DNA from: Dehalococcoidia bacterium
GTDB taxonomy: Bacteria; Chloroflexota; Dehalococcoidia; UBA2979
Length of the DNA: 64,000 nt
Reading direction: 5' to 3'
NCBI GenBank assembly: GCA_965262725.1
Contig: OZ253555.1
Span: forward strand, 2,656,001 to 2,720,000
Shown in pieces: positions 55,327 to 64,000 of the stretch (positions are counted from its first letter, which is position 1; each line of letters opens with the position of its first letter). Below the pieces are notes generated by a model that saw nothing but the letters and a program-made list of their open reading frames with translations, was not told the DNA's origin and did no database searches. The translations under genes were made by a program, and so were the position numbers.

Positions 55327-56223
55327 ATGCCATACGCCACCGCCTCCGACGGCGTCCGCCTCTACTACGAGGAGACAGGCGAGGGCATACCCGTCGTCTT
55401 CGTGCACGAGTTCGCCGGCGACCACCGTAGCTGGGAGCAGCAGGTGCGCCATTTCGGTCGCCGCTACCGGGCGGTCGCCTGCGCGGCGCGCGGTTACCCG
55501 CCCTCAGATGTCCCGGAGGCCCGCGCGAGCTACTCGCAGGAGCGCGCCGTCGACGACGTCCGCGACGTTCTCGATGCGATCGGCGCCGAGCGCGCGCACA
55601 TCGTCGGGCTCTCCATGGGCGGCTACGCGACGCTCGTCTTCGGGCTCACCTACCCCGAGCGCGCGCGCTCGCTCACCGTCGCCGGCGCGGGCTACGGCAG
55701 CACGGCCGACCGCTCCGACTTCGAGCGCGACGTCGAGCAGGTCGCCGAGCGGCTGCTCGCCGAGGGGATCGAGGCTTTCGGGGAGGTCTACACGCGGGGG
55801 CCCACGCGCGTGCAGTTCCGCGACAAGGATCCACGCGGCTGGGAGGAGTTCCGGGCGCAGTTCCGGGCCTCCTCGACCCTCGGCCACGCCAACACGATGC
55901 TCGGCGTGCAGCGCAAGCGCCCCTCCATCCTCGCGCTCGAGGAGAGGCTGCGGGGGCTCACCGTCCCGACCCTGATCGTGACCGGCGACGAGGACGAGCC
56001 GTGCCTCGAGCCCGGGCTCTTCATGAAGCGAACCATCCGCACCTCCGCCCTGGTCGTGTTCCCGCGCTCCGGCCACGCCGTGAACCTTGAGGAGCCGGCG
56101 GCCTTCAACCGCGCGGTCGAGGACTTCCTCGCCGCGGTCGACGCCGGCAGCTGGCGGGAGCGCAACCCGGAGAGCCTCTCGGAGTCCCAGCTGCTCCCCG
56201 CCGGAGAACGCGAGCGTGACTAA
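55327..56223 (+). CDS. Alpha/beta hydrolase with intact triad
   Basis: DGVRLYYEE.G, HEFAGD, ARGYPPS, GLSMGG, GDEDEPC, SGHAVNLEEP; ATG after AAGGAG. Confidence 0.92.
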   Translation: MPYATASDGVRLYYEETGEGIPVVFVHEFAGDHRSWEQQVRHFGRRYRAVACAARGYPPSDVPEARASYSQERAVDDVRDVLDAIGAERAHIVGLSMGGYATLVFGLTYPERARSLTVAGAGYGSTADRSDFERDVEQVAERLLAEGIEAFGEVYTRGPTRVQFRDKDPRGWEEFRAQFRASSTLGHANTMLGVQRKRPSILALEERLRGLTVPTLIVTGDEDEPCLEPGLFMKRTIRTSALVVFPRSGHAVNLEEPAAFNRAVEDFLAAVDAGSWRERNPESLSESQLLPAGERERD

Positions 56224-58678
56224 GGAGGACCCCGCGCCCGGCGCGCTCGCCGGGCTTCGCGTCGTCGAGGTCGGGGAGTGGGTCTCCGCCCCCTTCGCCG
56301 CCAAGCTCTTCGCCGACTTCGGCGCCGACGTGGTGAAGGTGGAACGCCCGGGCCCGGGCGATCCGGCGCGCACCGACGGGCCCTTCCCGGGCGATCGGCC
56401 TGGGCCGGACTCCTCCGGCCTCTTCCTCTACCTCAACACCAACAAGCGCGGCGTCCAGCTCGACCTCGCAGGCGACGCGGGGCGCGCCGCGCTCGACCGG
56501 TTGCTTCAGGACGCCGACCTCCTCATCACGAACCTCCCGCGAGCGAGGCTCGCCGTGGCCGGGCTCGAGCCGGAGGCGCTGCGGGCGCGGCACCCCGGGC
56601 TCCTCGTCACGACGATCACGCCCTTCGGGCTCGACGGCCCCTACGCCGACTACGTCGGAGACGAGCTCGTGACCTACGCGATGGGCGGACTCGCCTACGC
56701 CTCGCCGGGCGTCCCCGACGTCGTCGACGATCCCGAGGCGGAGCCGCCGCTCCATCCGCACACCTACGTGGCCGACACCATCGGCGGGCTCGTCGCCGCG
56801 GTCGCGAGCATGGTGGCGGTGTTCGGGCGAGCGGAGGACGGCGAGGGGGCGCACGTCGACGTGAGCCAGCAGGCCGCCATCACGGCGATGGAGCAGCGCG
56901 ACCTCACGGCGTGGTCCTACGGCGAGATGGTCATCGGCCGGATGCCGACCAGCATCGCGCGGATGCCGAACTACTACCTCCCGTGCCGCGACGGCTACGT
57001 CGCGGTGGCGGCGCCCTGGGACCACCAGTGGACCCGCCTCGTGAAGATGATGGGAAGCCCCGAGTGGGCGTTCTCCGAGCTCTTCTGCGACGACGCCGGG
57101 CGGACGGCGTACTGGGACGCGCTCAAGCTGCTGCTCACCGAGTGGACGATGCAGTACGACGGCGACGAGATCGTCCGCATGGCCAACGAGGCCGGCCTCC
57201 CGTTCTTCGCCTACTACTCCATCGCCGAGATGGCGGAGTCCGAGCACGTCCGCGCGCGCGGGAGCCTCGTCGAGCAGTCGGCCGACAGCCGCACCTTCCG
57301 CATGCCGGGGGCGCCCCTCGCGATGCACGGCACTCCGTGGGCGATCCGGCGCCCGGCGCCCCGCGCCGGCGAGCACACCGCGGAGGTGCTGGCGGAGCTA
57401 GAGACCCGCCCGGCGTCGGTGGCTGAGCGCGCGCACACCCGCGCGGCGCCGCCGAGTCCGCTCCCGCTCGCCGGCATACGCGTGCTCGACTTCGGGCAGG
57501 TGATCGCGATGCCGTTCGGGAGCCAGTGGCTCGCCTGGCTCGGGGCCGAGGTGCTGCTGGTCGAATCGGTGAAGCACATGACGGCACGCGTCACCCCACC
57601 CTACGTCGGAGGCGTCGCGCACCACGACAATTCGGGCCACTTCAACCTGCTCAACGGCTCGAAGAAGAGCCTGCGCATCGACATGGCAACGCCCGAAGGC
57701 CGCGCGCTGCTCAAGCGCATGGTCCCGCTCTGCGACGTGATGATCGACAATTTCAAGACGGGCGTGCTGGAGAAGCTGGGGCTCGGGCCCGATGTCGTGC
57801 GCGAACTCCACCCCGACATCGTGCAGGTCTCGTTCGGAGCGTTCGGGCGCAGCGGTCCGATGCGCACGCAGGGCGGACTCCACTCGGCCGTGAATCTCTT
57901 CTCCGGCGTTGCCGAGGTCACGGGGTACCCGGGCGGGATGCCGCGCATCCTGGGCGGCGTGCTACCCGACCCGATCGCCGGCTCCTACGCCGTCTTCGGG
58001 GCGCTCGCCGCGCTTCGCCACCGCCGCCGAGGAGGGGGCGGTCAGTACATCGACGGCGCGATGTTCGAGGGGATGATCTCGCTCATCCCCCAGGCGGTGA
58101 TCGACGTCACGATGAACGGACGCGCGCTCGACCGCATCGGAAACCGCGACCACCGCAAGGTACCGCACGGCCTCTACCGCGCCGCTGGCCACGACGAGTG
58201 GCTGGCGATCTCCGTCGATCCGGAGGCCTCCGACTCAAGCGGTCTGGATGCGCAGTGGCGCGCGCTCTGCGCCGTGATCGGTTTGGAGGAGCACGACCCG
58301 CTCTTCTCCACGCCCGACGCGCGGCGCGCGAACGAGGACGCACTCGACGCCCGGATCACAGCGTGGACGCGCGAGCGCGACCCGGCCCCGATGGCTGAGC
58401 TGCTGCAGGCCGTGGGTGTGCCTGCCGGGCCTGTGCTGCGCCCCGACCAGCTGCACGAGGATCCACAGCTGCGCGCGCGGGGCTTCATGGTGGAAACGGA
58501 GCACCCGACGGGCGGGCGCCGGCGCCACCCCGGCATCCCCTGGCGCGCCTCCCACCTCGAGCCGAGGTACCGGGCGGCCCCCCTGCTCGGCGAGCACACC
58601 CACGAGGTGCTGACGGGGCTGCTCGGCCTCTCCGAGGCGGAGTACGAGGACCTCGACGCGGCGGGCGTCCTCCGCTAG
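56216..58678 (+). CDS. Tandem (two-domain) family III CoA-transferase
   Basis: Two CaiB repeats: LAGLRVVE...LNTNKR...ADTIGG...GEHT and PLAGIRVLDF...LNGSKK...PDPIAG...APLLGEHT. Confidence 0.93.
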   Translation: MTKEDPAPGALAGLRVVEVGEWVSAPFAAKLFADFGADVVKVERPGPGDPARTDGPFPGDRPGPDSSGLFLYLNTNKRGVQLDLAGDAGRAALDRLLQDADLLITNLPRARLAVAGLEPEALRARHPGLLVTTITPFGLDGPYADYVGDELVTYAMGGLAYASPGVPDVVDDPEAEPPLHPHTYVADTIGGLVAAVASMVAVFGRAEDGEGAHVDVSQQAAITAMEQRDLTAWSYGEMVIGRMPTSIARMPNYYLPCRDGYVAVAAPWDHQWTRLVKMMGSPEWAFSELFCDDAGRTAYWDALKLLLTEWTMQYDGDEIVRMANEAGLPFFAYYSIAEMAESEHVRARGSLVEQSADSRTFRMPGAPLAMHGTPWAIRRPAPRAGEHTAEVLAELETRPASVAERAHTRAAPPSPLPLAGIRVLDFGQVIAMPFGSQWLAWLGAEVLLVESVKHMTARVTPPYVGGVAHHDNSGHFNLLNGSKKSLRIDMATPEGRALLKRMVPLCDVMIDNFKTGVLEKLGLGPDVVRELHPDIVQVSFGAFGRSGPMRTQGGLHSAVNLFSGVAEVTGYPGGMPRILGGVLPDPIAGSYAVFGALAALRHRRRGGGGQYIDGAMFEGMISLIPQAVIDVTMNGRALDRIGNRDHRKVPHGLYRAAGHDEWLAISVDPEASDSSGLDAQWRALCAVIGLEEHDPLFSTPDARRANEDALDARITAWTRERDPAPMAELLQAVGVPAGPVLRPDQLHEDPQLRARGFMVETEHPTGGRRRHPGIPWRASHLEPRYRAAPLLGEHTHEVLTGLLGLSEAEYEDLDAAGVLR

Positions 58679-58776
58679 GACCCGCCGGGAGCGCGGAACC
58701 GGCGGCCATACGCGAGCTCGTGCCCGAGCAGCTCCCTGCTGAACGCTCCGATCTCGTCGCGCACCCGCCGGAACAC
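58675..58776 (-). pseudogene. Possible 3' remnant of an ArsC/LMW-PTP family gene
   Basis: Reverse frame VFRRVRDEIGAFSRELLG...*; FRRVRDEI resembles the ArsC C-terminal helix; no upstream homology. Confidence 0.3.
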
Positions 58777-58850
58777 GGGCGTGACGCCCGTCCCGCGCCA
58801 GCCGCCCCGGCGCTGCGGTAGAGTCCCTCGGGTCGCCCGCGGCAACGCGA

Positions 58851-58872
58851 GCGCCGGGCGATCGCCCGGCGC
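58851..58872. repeat. Perfect 22-bp palindrome in the leader of the acyl-CoA dehydrogenase operon
   Basis: GCGCCGGGCGA|TCGCCCGGCGC, between a TAGAGT -10 (58819-58824) and the GGAGG RBS. Confidence 0.8.
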
Positions 58873-58889
58873 AGCCGGGAGGAACAGCC

Positions 58890-60095
58890 ATGGACTTCGC
58901 GCTCGACGCCGAGCAGGAGGCGTTCCGCTCCGAACTCTGTGGGTTCCTCTCCTCCGAGCTCAGCGACGACGTGCGCGCACGCCACCGCGACCCGCGCGAG
59001 TGGGACGGCTGGGAGGCGACCTTTGCCGACGAGTTCCGCCGGCGCCTCGGCGCCCGCGGCTTCATCGGCGCCACCTGGCCCGCGGAGTACGGCGGCGACG
59101 GTCGCGACGCCAGGGAGCGCGTCATCTTCGCGGAGGAGATGGAGTACCACGACGCGCCCGCCTTCGACCGCTCCGTCACCTACGTCCCGGACGCGATCCG
59201 TCAGTTCGGGAGCGAGGCGCAGAAGAGCGAGTTCCTCCCGCGCCTCGCGCGCGGCGAGTGCACGTTCTTCCTCGGCTACAGCGAGCCCGACGCCGGATCG
59301 GACCTCGCGAGTCTCCAGACCCGCGCCGAGGCGCGGGGCGACACCTTCGTCCTCACGGGCCAGAAGGCATACTCCTCCGGCGCCGACCGCGCCGACTACG
59401 GCTGGGTCGCGGCACGGACCGATCCGGACGCCCCCAAGCACCGCGGCATCTCGCTCTTCATCGTCGATATGGCGAGCCCGGGCATCGAGATCACCCGCCA
59501 CGAAACGACGGCGGGGTGGGAGCACCATTCCGTCGCCTTCGACTCGGTCGAGGTGCCGCGATCGGCGCTCGTGGGTGAGCTCAACGGGGGCTGGCGCGTG
59601 ATTATGGGCGCCATCGACACCGAGCGCGCCTCACTGGCCGCTCCCGGCCTCGTCCGCGCGCAGCTCGACCGGCTCATCGAGCACTGCCGCCAGACGCCTG
59701 CGGAGGCGACGGGGGACGGCGGCGGCGGGGGCGGGGGTGCGCTCCTCGACGACCCCGTGGTGGCGGATCGCCTCGCGCGGCTCGCGATCGAGGCCGACGC
59801 CGCCCAGCTCATCTCCTACTGGGTCGCCTCGCTGATCGCGGGCGGCGAGAGGCCCCAGCACGAGGCCTCCCTCGCACTCCTCGTCAAGCGCGAGACGGCA
59901 CGCGCGCTCGACGTGGCGACGCTCGAGTTGCTGGGGGCCGGCGGCGCCCTCCGGGCGGAGGCGCCGGGGGCGCCGCTCGGAGGCTCCGTCGTGCGCGAGT
60001 ACCTCGATCGCCTCTACTTCCACTTCGCGGCGGGGGGCTTCGACATCACACGTAACGTGATCGCGACGCGGGGCCTGGGGCTGCCGCGGGGCTAG
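58890..60095 (+). CDS. Acyl-CoA dehydrogenase (FadE26/29-like subunit)
   Basis: WP.EYGG, LGYSEPDAGSDLASLQTRA, GQK, KHRGISLF, GW.V....D.ER, RNVIA.RGLGLPR. Confidence 0.93.
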   Translation: MDFALDAEQEAFRSELCGFLSSELSDDVRARHRDPREWDGWEATFADEFRRRLGARGFIGATWPAEYGGDGRDARERVIFAEEMEYHDAPAFDRSVTYVPDAIRQFGSEAQKSEFLPRLARGECTFFLGYSEPDAGSDLASLQTRAEARGDTFVLTGQKAYSSGADRADYGWVAARTDPDAPKHRGISLFIVDMASPGIEITRHETTAGWEHHSVAFDSVEVPRSALVGELNGGWRVIMGAIDTERASLAAPGLVRAQLDRLIEHCRQTPAEATGDGGGGGGGALLDDPVVADRLARLAIEADAAQLISYWVASLIAGGERPQHEASLALLVKRETARALDVATLELLGAGGALRAEAPGAPLGGSVVREYLDRLYFHFAAGGFDITRNVIATRGLGLPRG

Positions 60096-60119
60096 CCGCG
60101 ACCGGCGAGGGGCGGGCCG

Positions 60120-61262
60120 ATGGATCTGGTGACGACCGAGGAGCAGCGCCTGCTGCGCGACTCGGCCCTCCTGTTCGCGCGCGAACGGATGGGGCAAGAG
60201 CGGGCCCGCACGCTCGAGCAGCGCGCAGCCGCGGGCGACCACGCCCACGATGTCGAGCTCACCTCCGAGCTCGCGGCGCTCGGCTGGAGTGGCGCCGCGC
60301 TTCCGGCCGTGCACGGGGGCGGCGGCTTCGGGCTGCTCGAACTCGCGCTCCTGATCGAGGCCTGCGGAACGGCGCCCCTCCCCACGACGCTCTTCGGAAG
60401 CGTCGTCGAGGCGGGTCTCCTGCTCGCGGCAGCGGGGAGCGAGGAGCAGCGCGCGCACTGGCTGCCGCGGATCGCAACCGGCGAGGCGCTGCTCGCGGTG
60501 GCGCTGCTAGAGGAGGGAGCAAGACTCGGCGAGCGCGAGATCCAGACGCGGGCCGTGCCCCGGACGGGCGGCGGCTACCGGATCGAGGGCTCGAAGGTGC
60601 TGGTCCGCGACGCGGGCGCCGCCGACGCGCTCGTGGTCGCGACCCGCGATGGCACCGCCGTCACCCTGCTGCTCGTCGAGCGCGGGACGCCGGGGCTCGA
60701 CGTGCGGCCGCAGCCGGCCGCCGGGGGGGAGCCCCTCTTCTCGGTTCACCTCGACGGCGTCGGCGTCGGCGAGGAGGCCGTGATCGGAGCTCCGGGCGCC
60801 GGATGGCCGCACGTCGAGCGGCTGCTGGCACGGGGCGCCGCCCTCAAGGCGGCGGAGCTCGTCGGGATCGGGCAGGCGGCGCTCGATCTCACTCTCGCCT
60901 ACGCCCGGGAGCGGACGCAGTTCGGGCGCCCGATCGGCTCCTTCCAGGCGGTGCACCACCACTGCGCGGACATCTACCGCGAGGTCGTCGCGTGCCGGCT
61001 TCTCGCCTACCGCGCCGCGTGGTCGCTCGATCGAATGGAAGGCGATCCAGCCGCTTCGGAGGTGCGCCGCGCCGTCGCCACCGCCAAGGCGAAGGCGAGC
61101 GAGGCGATACCGTGGGCGACACGCGTCGCGCACCAGGTGCACGGAGGCGTCGGGTACTACCGCGACTATCCCCTGGAGATCTTCACCCGGCGAGCGATCG
61201 CCGCGGCGGCGGCCTACGGCGATGCGCGCTACCATCGGCGGCGGCTCGCCGGGGCGCTCTAG
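60120..61262 (+). CDS. Acyl-CoA dehydrogenase (FadE27/28-like partner subunit)
   Basis: EQRLLRDSA, LGW, ALLE, G.K..V, YARER.QFGRPIGSFQAV.H, HQVHGGVG. Confidence 0.93.
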   Translation: MDLVTTEEQRLLRDSALLFARERMGQERARTLEQRAAAGDHAHDVELTSELAALGWSGAALPAVHGGGGFGLLELALLIEACGTAPLPTTLFGSVVEAGLLLAAAGSEEQRAHWLPRIATGEALLAVALLEEGARLGEREIQTRAVPRTGGGYRIEGSKVLVRDAGAADALVVATRDGTAVTLLLVERGTPGLDVRPQPAAGGEPLFSVHLDGVGVGEEAVIGAPGAGWPHVERLLARGAALKAAELVGIGQAALDLTLAYARERTQFGRPIGSFQAVHHHCADIYREVVACRLLAYRAAWSLDRMEGDPAASEVRRAVATAKAKASEAIPWATRVAHQVHGGVGYYRDYPLEIFTRRAIAAAAAYGDARYHRRRLAGAL

Positions 61263-61285
61263 CGGCCCCCGGCGCAGGGGGGACG

Positions 61286-62101
61286 ATGGGCTACGAATAC
61301 CTGCGGGTCGAGCAGACGGACGACGGCGTCGTCACGGTCTGGATCGACGACCCCGAGAACAACAACGCCGTCAACTTCGTCATGAACCGCGAGCTCGCCG
61401 ACGAGATCGCGCGCATCGGCGAGGATGACTCGGCGAGGGTGCTTGTGTTGACCGGAACCGGCCGCATCTTCTGCTCGGGCGGGAACATCGGGCAGATGAC
61501 GGCGCAGGGTCGGTCGCTCGAGCCCGACGAGAAGACGCTCAACGAGCGGCTCCACCCTGCGCAGTCCGACATCCGCCGCGTCACGGTCGCGCTGCGGCGC
61601 ATGTCGAAGCCCGCGATCGCGGCCGTGAACGGCCCGGCCGTCGGCTCGGGCGTGGGGCTCGCCGCGGGCTGCGACGTGAGACTGGCGGCCCGGGAGGCAC
61701 GCTTCGGCTGGGTCTTCACGCGCCGTGGGATCCTCCCGGACGATGGGAGCCTCAAGCTCGTGCTCGACATCCTCGGCTACGCCCGCACCTTCGAATGGGG
61801 GGTGCGCGGCAGCCGCCTCGAGGCCGAGGAGGCGCTGAGCTGGGGCTTCGTCTCGGAGGTCGTCGAGCGGGAGGAGCTGCTCCCGCGCGCCCACGCCCTC
61901 GCGCGCGAGATCATCGCCTCCGTACCGCCGCTGACGGCCCGGCTCTTCAAGCTCGCGCTGGTCGATGCGCTCGATCGCCCGCTGGAAGAGGCGATCCGCT
62001 TCACCGAACGCGCGCAGCAGCTCGCCCGAGAGAGCGAGGATCACACCGAGGCGCTCCGCGCGTACGCGGAGCGCCGGCCGCCCACGTGGTCGGGGCGCTG
62101 A
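61286..62101 (+). CDS. Enoyl-CoA hydratase/isomerase family protein (PaaG-like)
   Basis: Start ATG 61286; TGTGRIFCSGG, KPAIAAVNGPAVG, FTRRGILPD, ERRPPTWSGR. Confidence 0.92.
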   Translation: MGYEYLRVEQTDDGVVTVWIDDPENNNAVNFVMNRELADEIARIGEDDSARVLVLTGTGRIFCSGGNIGQMTAQGRSLEPDEKTLNERLHPAQSDIRRVTVALRRMSKPAIAAVNGPAVGSGVGLAAGCDVRLAAREARFGWVFTRRGILPDDGSLKLVLDILGYARTFEWGVRGSRLEAEEALSWGFVSEVVEREELLPRAHALAREIIASVPPLTARLFKLALVDALDRPLEEAIRFTERAQQLARESEDHTEALRAYAERRPPTWSGR

Positions 62102-62102
62102 G

Positions 62103-63275
62103 GTGCCCGGCGACGCCTCCGTCAAGCGGGCGATCGAGCCCGCGAGTTTCCCCTGGATGGATGCCTCGCGCTACGCCTTCTGCCTCGCCATGGAGGCCGG
62201 TGGCTCCACCTGGCTCTCTGGCCACACCGCGGCCCGCTACGAGCCGGGGCGCGACGCGGTCACCGCCGACGGTGACGTGGAGGCGCAGGGGCGCGTCGTC
62301 TACGAGAAGGCGCGCGCGATCCTGGAGACCGCCGGCCTCGGATTCGGGGACGTGGCCCAGAGCATTGAGTACCTCGCCCCCGGCGCGCTCGGAGCCGGCG
62401 ACGCGGAGTGCCTGGCGCGTCTCCGGGCCGAGTACTTCGGTGTCAACCGCCCGGCTCTCTCGACCGTCGCCGTCAACTCGCTGCTGCGCCCCGAGGCGCT
62501 CGTCGAGATCGAACTGGTGGCTCGCGAGGCCCCGAACGACACCGTCGAGGCCGCCGGAACGATCGCCCGGCGCATGGGCGATCTGCTGGTGATCCCGGCG
62601 CTCGACGCTCCGGGCGCGGATCTCGCCTCGCAGGCCCGGGCGATCTACGACCGCGCAGCAGCCGTGCTCGCCGCCGCGGGCCTCGGCTGGGAGCACGTGG
62701 TCAAGACCACCGACTTCGTGGCCGTCTCGGCGCTCCGCGACTACCGCGTCACTGCCGAGGTGCGCCGGGAGCGCTTTGGTGGTCGGGACGCCGTCGACTT
62801 CCCCGCCTCAACCGGCATCATCATGGAGCGCCTCGCGACCCCGGGAGCGCTCATCCAGGTGGAGTTCATCGCCTCCACGACGCCGCGCGCGGGCGTGGAG
62901 GCGCCGTGGCCACACCACCCGCGTCTCACCTATGCGCCGGCCGTGCGAGCAGGCCGCCTGCTCTTCGTCTCCGGGATGGCGGCATTCAACCCGGAGAGTA
63001 ACGCCACCGAGCACGTCGGCGACGTCGTCGCGCAGTCGCGTTATGTCTACGAGAACATGGCCCGCCTGATGGAGGCGGCGGGCGGATCGCTCGAGAGCAT
63101 CATCAAGACCGTCGAGTACGTCGCTCCCGCCGCCCGAGAGCGCTACCCGCGCACCGGCCGCGTGCGCACGGACCTCTTCGACCGCCCCTACCCGGCCTCC
63201 ACCGGCGTGATCTGCGAGCGCCTGATCCGCTCTGACCTCCTGATCGAGGTCGACGCGATCGCGGTGCTGGAGTGA
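62103..63275 (+). CDS. Protein with three tandem RidA/YjgF/UK114 domains
   Basis: Three repeats Q...YE/D...L.AAG....V....PA.(S/T)....L.....(E/Q)(I/V)(E/D)..A; GTG 62103. Confidence 0.88.
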   Translation: MPGDASVKRAIEPASFPWMDASRYAFCLAMEAGGSTWLSGHTAARYEPGRDAVTADGDVEAQGRVVYEKARAILETAGLGFGDVAQSIEYLAPGALGAGDAECLARLRAEYFGVNRPALSTVAVNSLLRPEALVEIELVAREAPNDTVEAAGTIARRMGDLLVIPALDAPGADLASQARAIYDRAAAVLAAAGLGWEHVVKTTDFVAVSALRDYRVTAEVRRERFGGRDAVDFPASTGIIMERLATPGALIQVEFIASTTPRAGVEAPWPHHPRLTYAPAVRAGRLLFVSGMAAFNPESNATEHVGDVVAQSRYVYENMARLMEAAGGSLESIIKTVEYVAPAARERYPRTGRVRTDLFDRPYPASTGVICERLIRSDLLIEVDAIAVLE

Positions 63276-63802
63276 GCGACGCGTCCCCCGGGGGCTCGCT
63301 GCTCACCGACGAGCTCCGTGGCTGGATCGGGCGCGAGGCCTCCTACGAGGCGCCGGAGGAGCTGGGGCGCGCCGCCATCCGCTACTACGCGCTCGCGCTC
63401 TCCGACGACAATCCGCTCTACCGCGACGAGGCCCACGCCCGGGGGACGCGGTTCGGCGGCGTGATCGCGCCGCCGACGCTCGTGGTCGAGACCAACCAGT
63501 ACGCCGACCTGCCGCTCCGTCCCGAGGATGGCTACAACGGCCACGCGTGGGAGGGCCTGCCGCTCCCGGTTCCGTGCACGCTGGTACGCGGCGGCAACCA
63601 GTACGAGCTGCTCAGGCCCGTGCGGCCGGACGACCGCCTCTCCGTGCGCTGGCGCATCGAGGAGATCACCGAGCGGCAGGGCCGAGCCGGCCCCATGCTT
63701 GTGCTGGTCGCACGCGCCGAGTACCGGAACCAGCAGCGCGAGCTGCTCGCCACCAACCTCGACACCACCATCTTCCTGCCCGCCCCCGATCGGGGATCGT
63801 GA
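63272..63802 (+). CDS. MaoC/FAS1-like dehydratase N-terminal-type hot-dog protein
   Basis: AIRYYA.A..DDNPLY.DE, IAPPT, RGG..YE..RPVRPDD, Y.NQ..ELL. Confidence 0.88.
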   Translation: MSDASPGGSLLTDELRGWIGREASYEAPEELGRAAIRYYALALSDDNPLYRDEAHARGTRFGGVIAPPTLVVETNQYADLPLRPEDGYNGHAWEGLPLPVPCTLVRGGNQYELLRPVRPDDRLSVRWRIEEITERQGRAGPMLVLVARAEYRNQQRELLATNLDTTIFLPAPDRGS

Positions 63803-64000
63803 TGCGTTTCGAGGCGGTCGAGACCGGTCAGGAGCTGCCCGAACTCCGCGTTACGCTCACGCACGAGCTCCTCGCCGCTTACGCCGGCGCGACCTGGGAT
63901 TTCCACCGCTACCACTACGACGCCGATTTCGCCCGCGAGACGGCCGGCGCGCCCGACGCCTTCGTGGACGGGCAGATGCTGGGCGCCCTGCTCGCGCGCC
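63802..64000 (+). CDS. MaoC family dehydratase, 3'-truncated by window edge
   Basis: TGATG coupling; MRFEAVETGQELP...YAGATWDFHRYHYD (D-x4-H) ...FVDGQMLG; not in the ORF track because no stop is reached. Confidence 0.88.
   Translation, partial: MRFEAVETGQELPELRVTLTHELLAAYAGATWDFHRYHYDADFARETAGAPDAFVDGQMLGALLAR

Noticed and set aside
49501-56223. Beta-ketoadipate pathway (pcaIJ-like, CMD, hydrolase)
   Set aside because: The genes are in different transcription units, there is no ring-cleavage dioxygenase or cycloisomerase, and the families are too broad to assign pca functions.

Overview
A very GC-rich bacterial chromosome segment, densely coding, with no phage, IS, integrase, rRNA or CRISPR signal that I can see. 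It opens with the 3' part of an AarF/UbiB kinase, four tRNAs (Trp-CCA, Leu-GAG, Gly-GCC, Cys-GCA), an LppM-like lipoprotein and an AapJQMP-type amino-acid ABC transporter. About 55 kb of catabolic and redox paralogues follow: 3 luciferase-like (LLM) oxidoreductases, 4 PNPOx/F420-type split-barrel proteins, 4 crotonases, family III and family I CoA-transferases, an acyl-CoA dehydrogenase pair, hot-dog (MaoC) proteins, SDRs, amidohydrolases, 8 alpha/beta-hydrolase folds, a split TPP decarboxylase, FBPase plus class I aldolase, and a Fur-led CbiMQO-type ECF transporter. This repertoire suggests Chloroflexota/Dehalococcoidia (SAR202-like), which is an inference. The best candidate for an undescribed system is a set of four related alpha/beta-hydrolase-fold proteins that have lost most or all of the catalytic triad; three share their own conserved motifs, and three cluster with a metal-ligand-degenerate VOC protein. 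Other oddities are a ferredoxin-DUF2795 fusion, a single-chain triple RidA, double hot-dog paralogues with a rewritten hydratase motif, a signal-less orphan solute-binding protein and a candidate Fur-family operator. All family calls come from motif recognition by eye and no database searches were run. Many start codons were trimmed from the ORF track using RBS and overlap logic.
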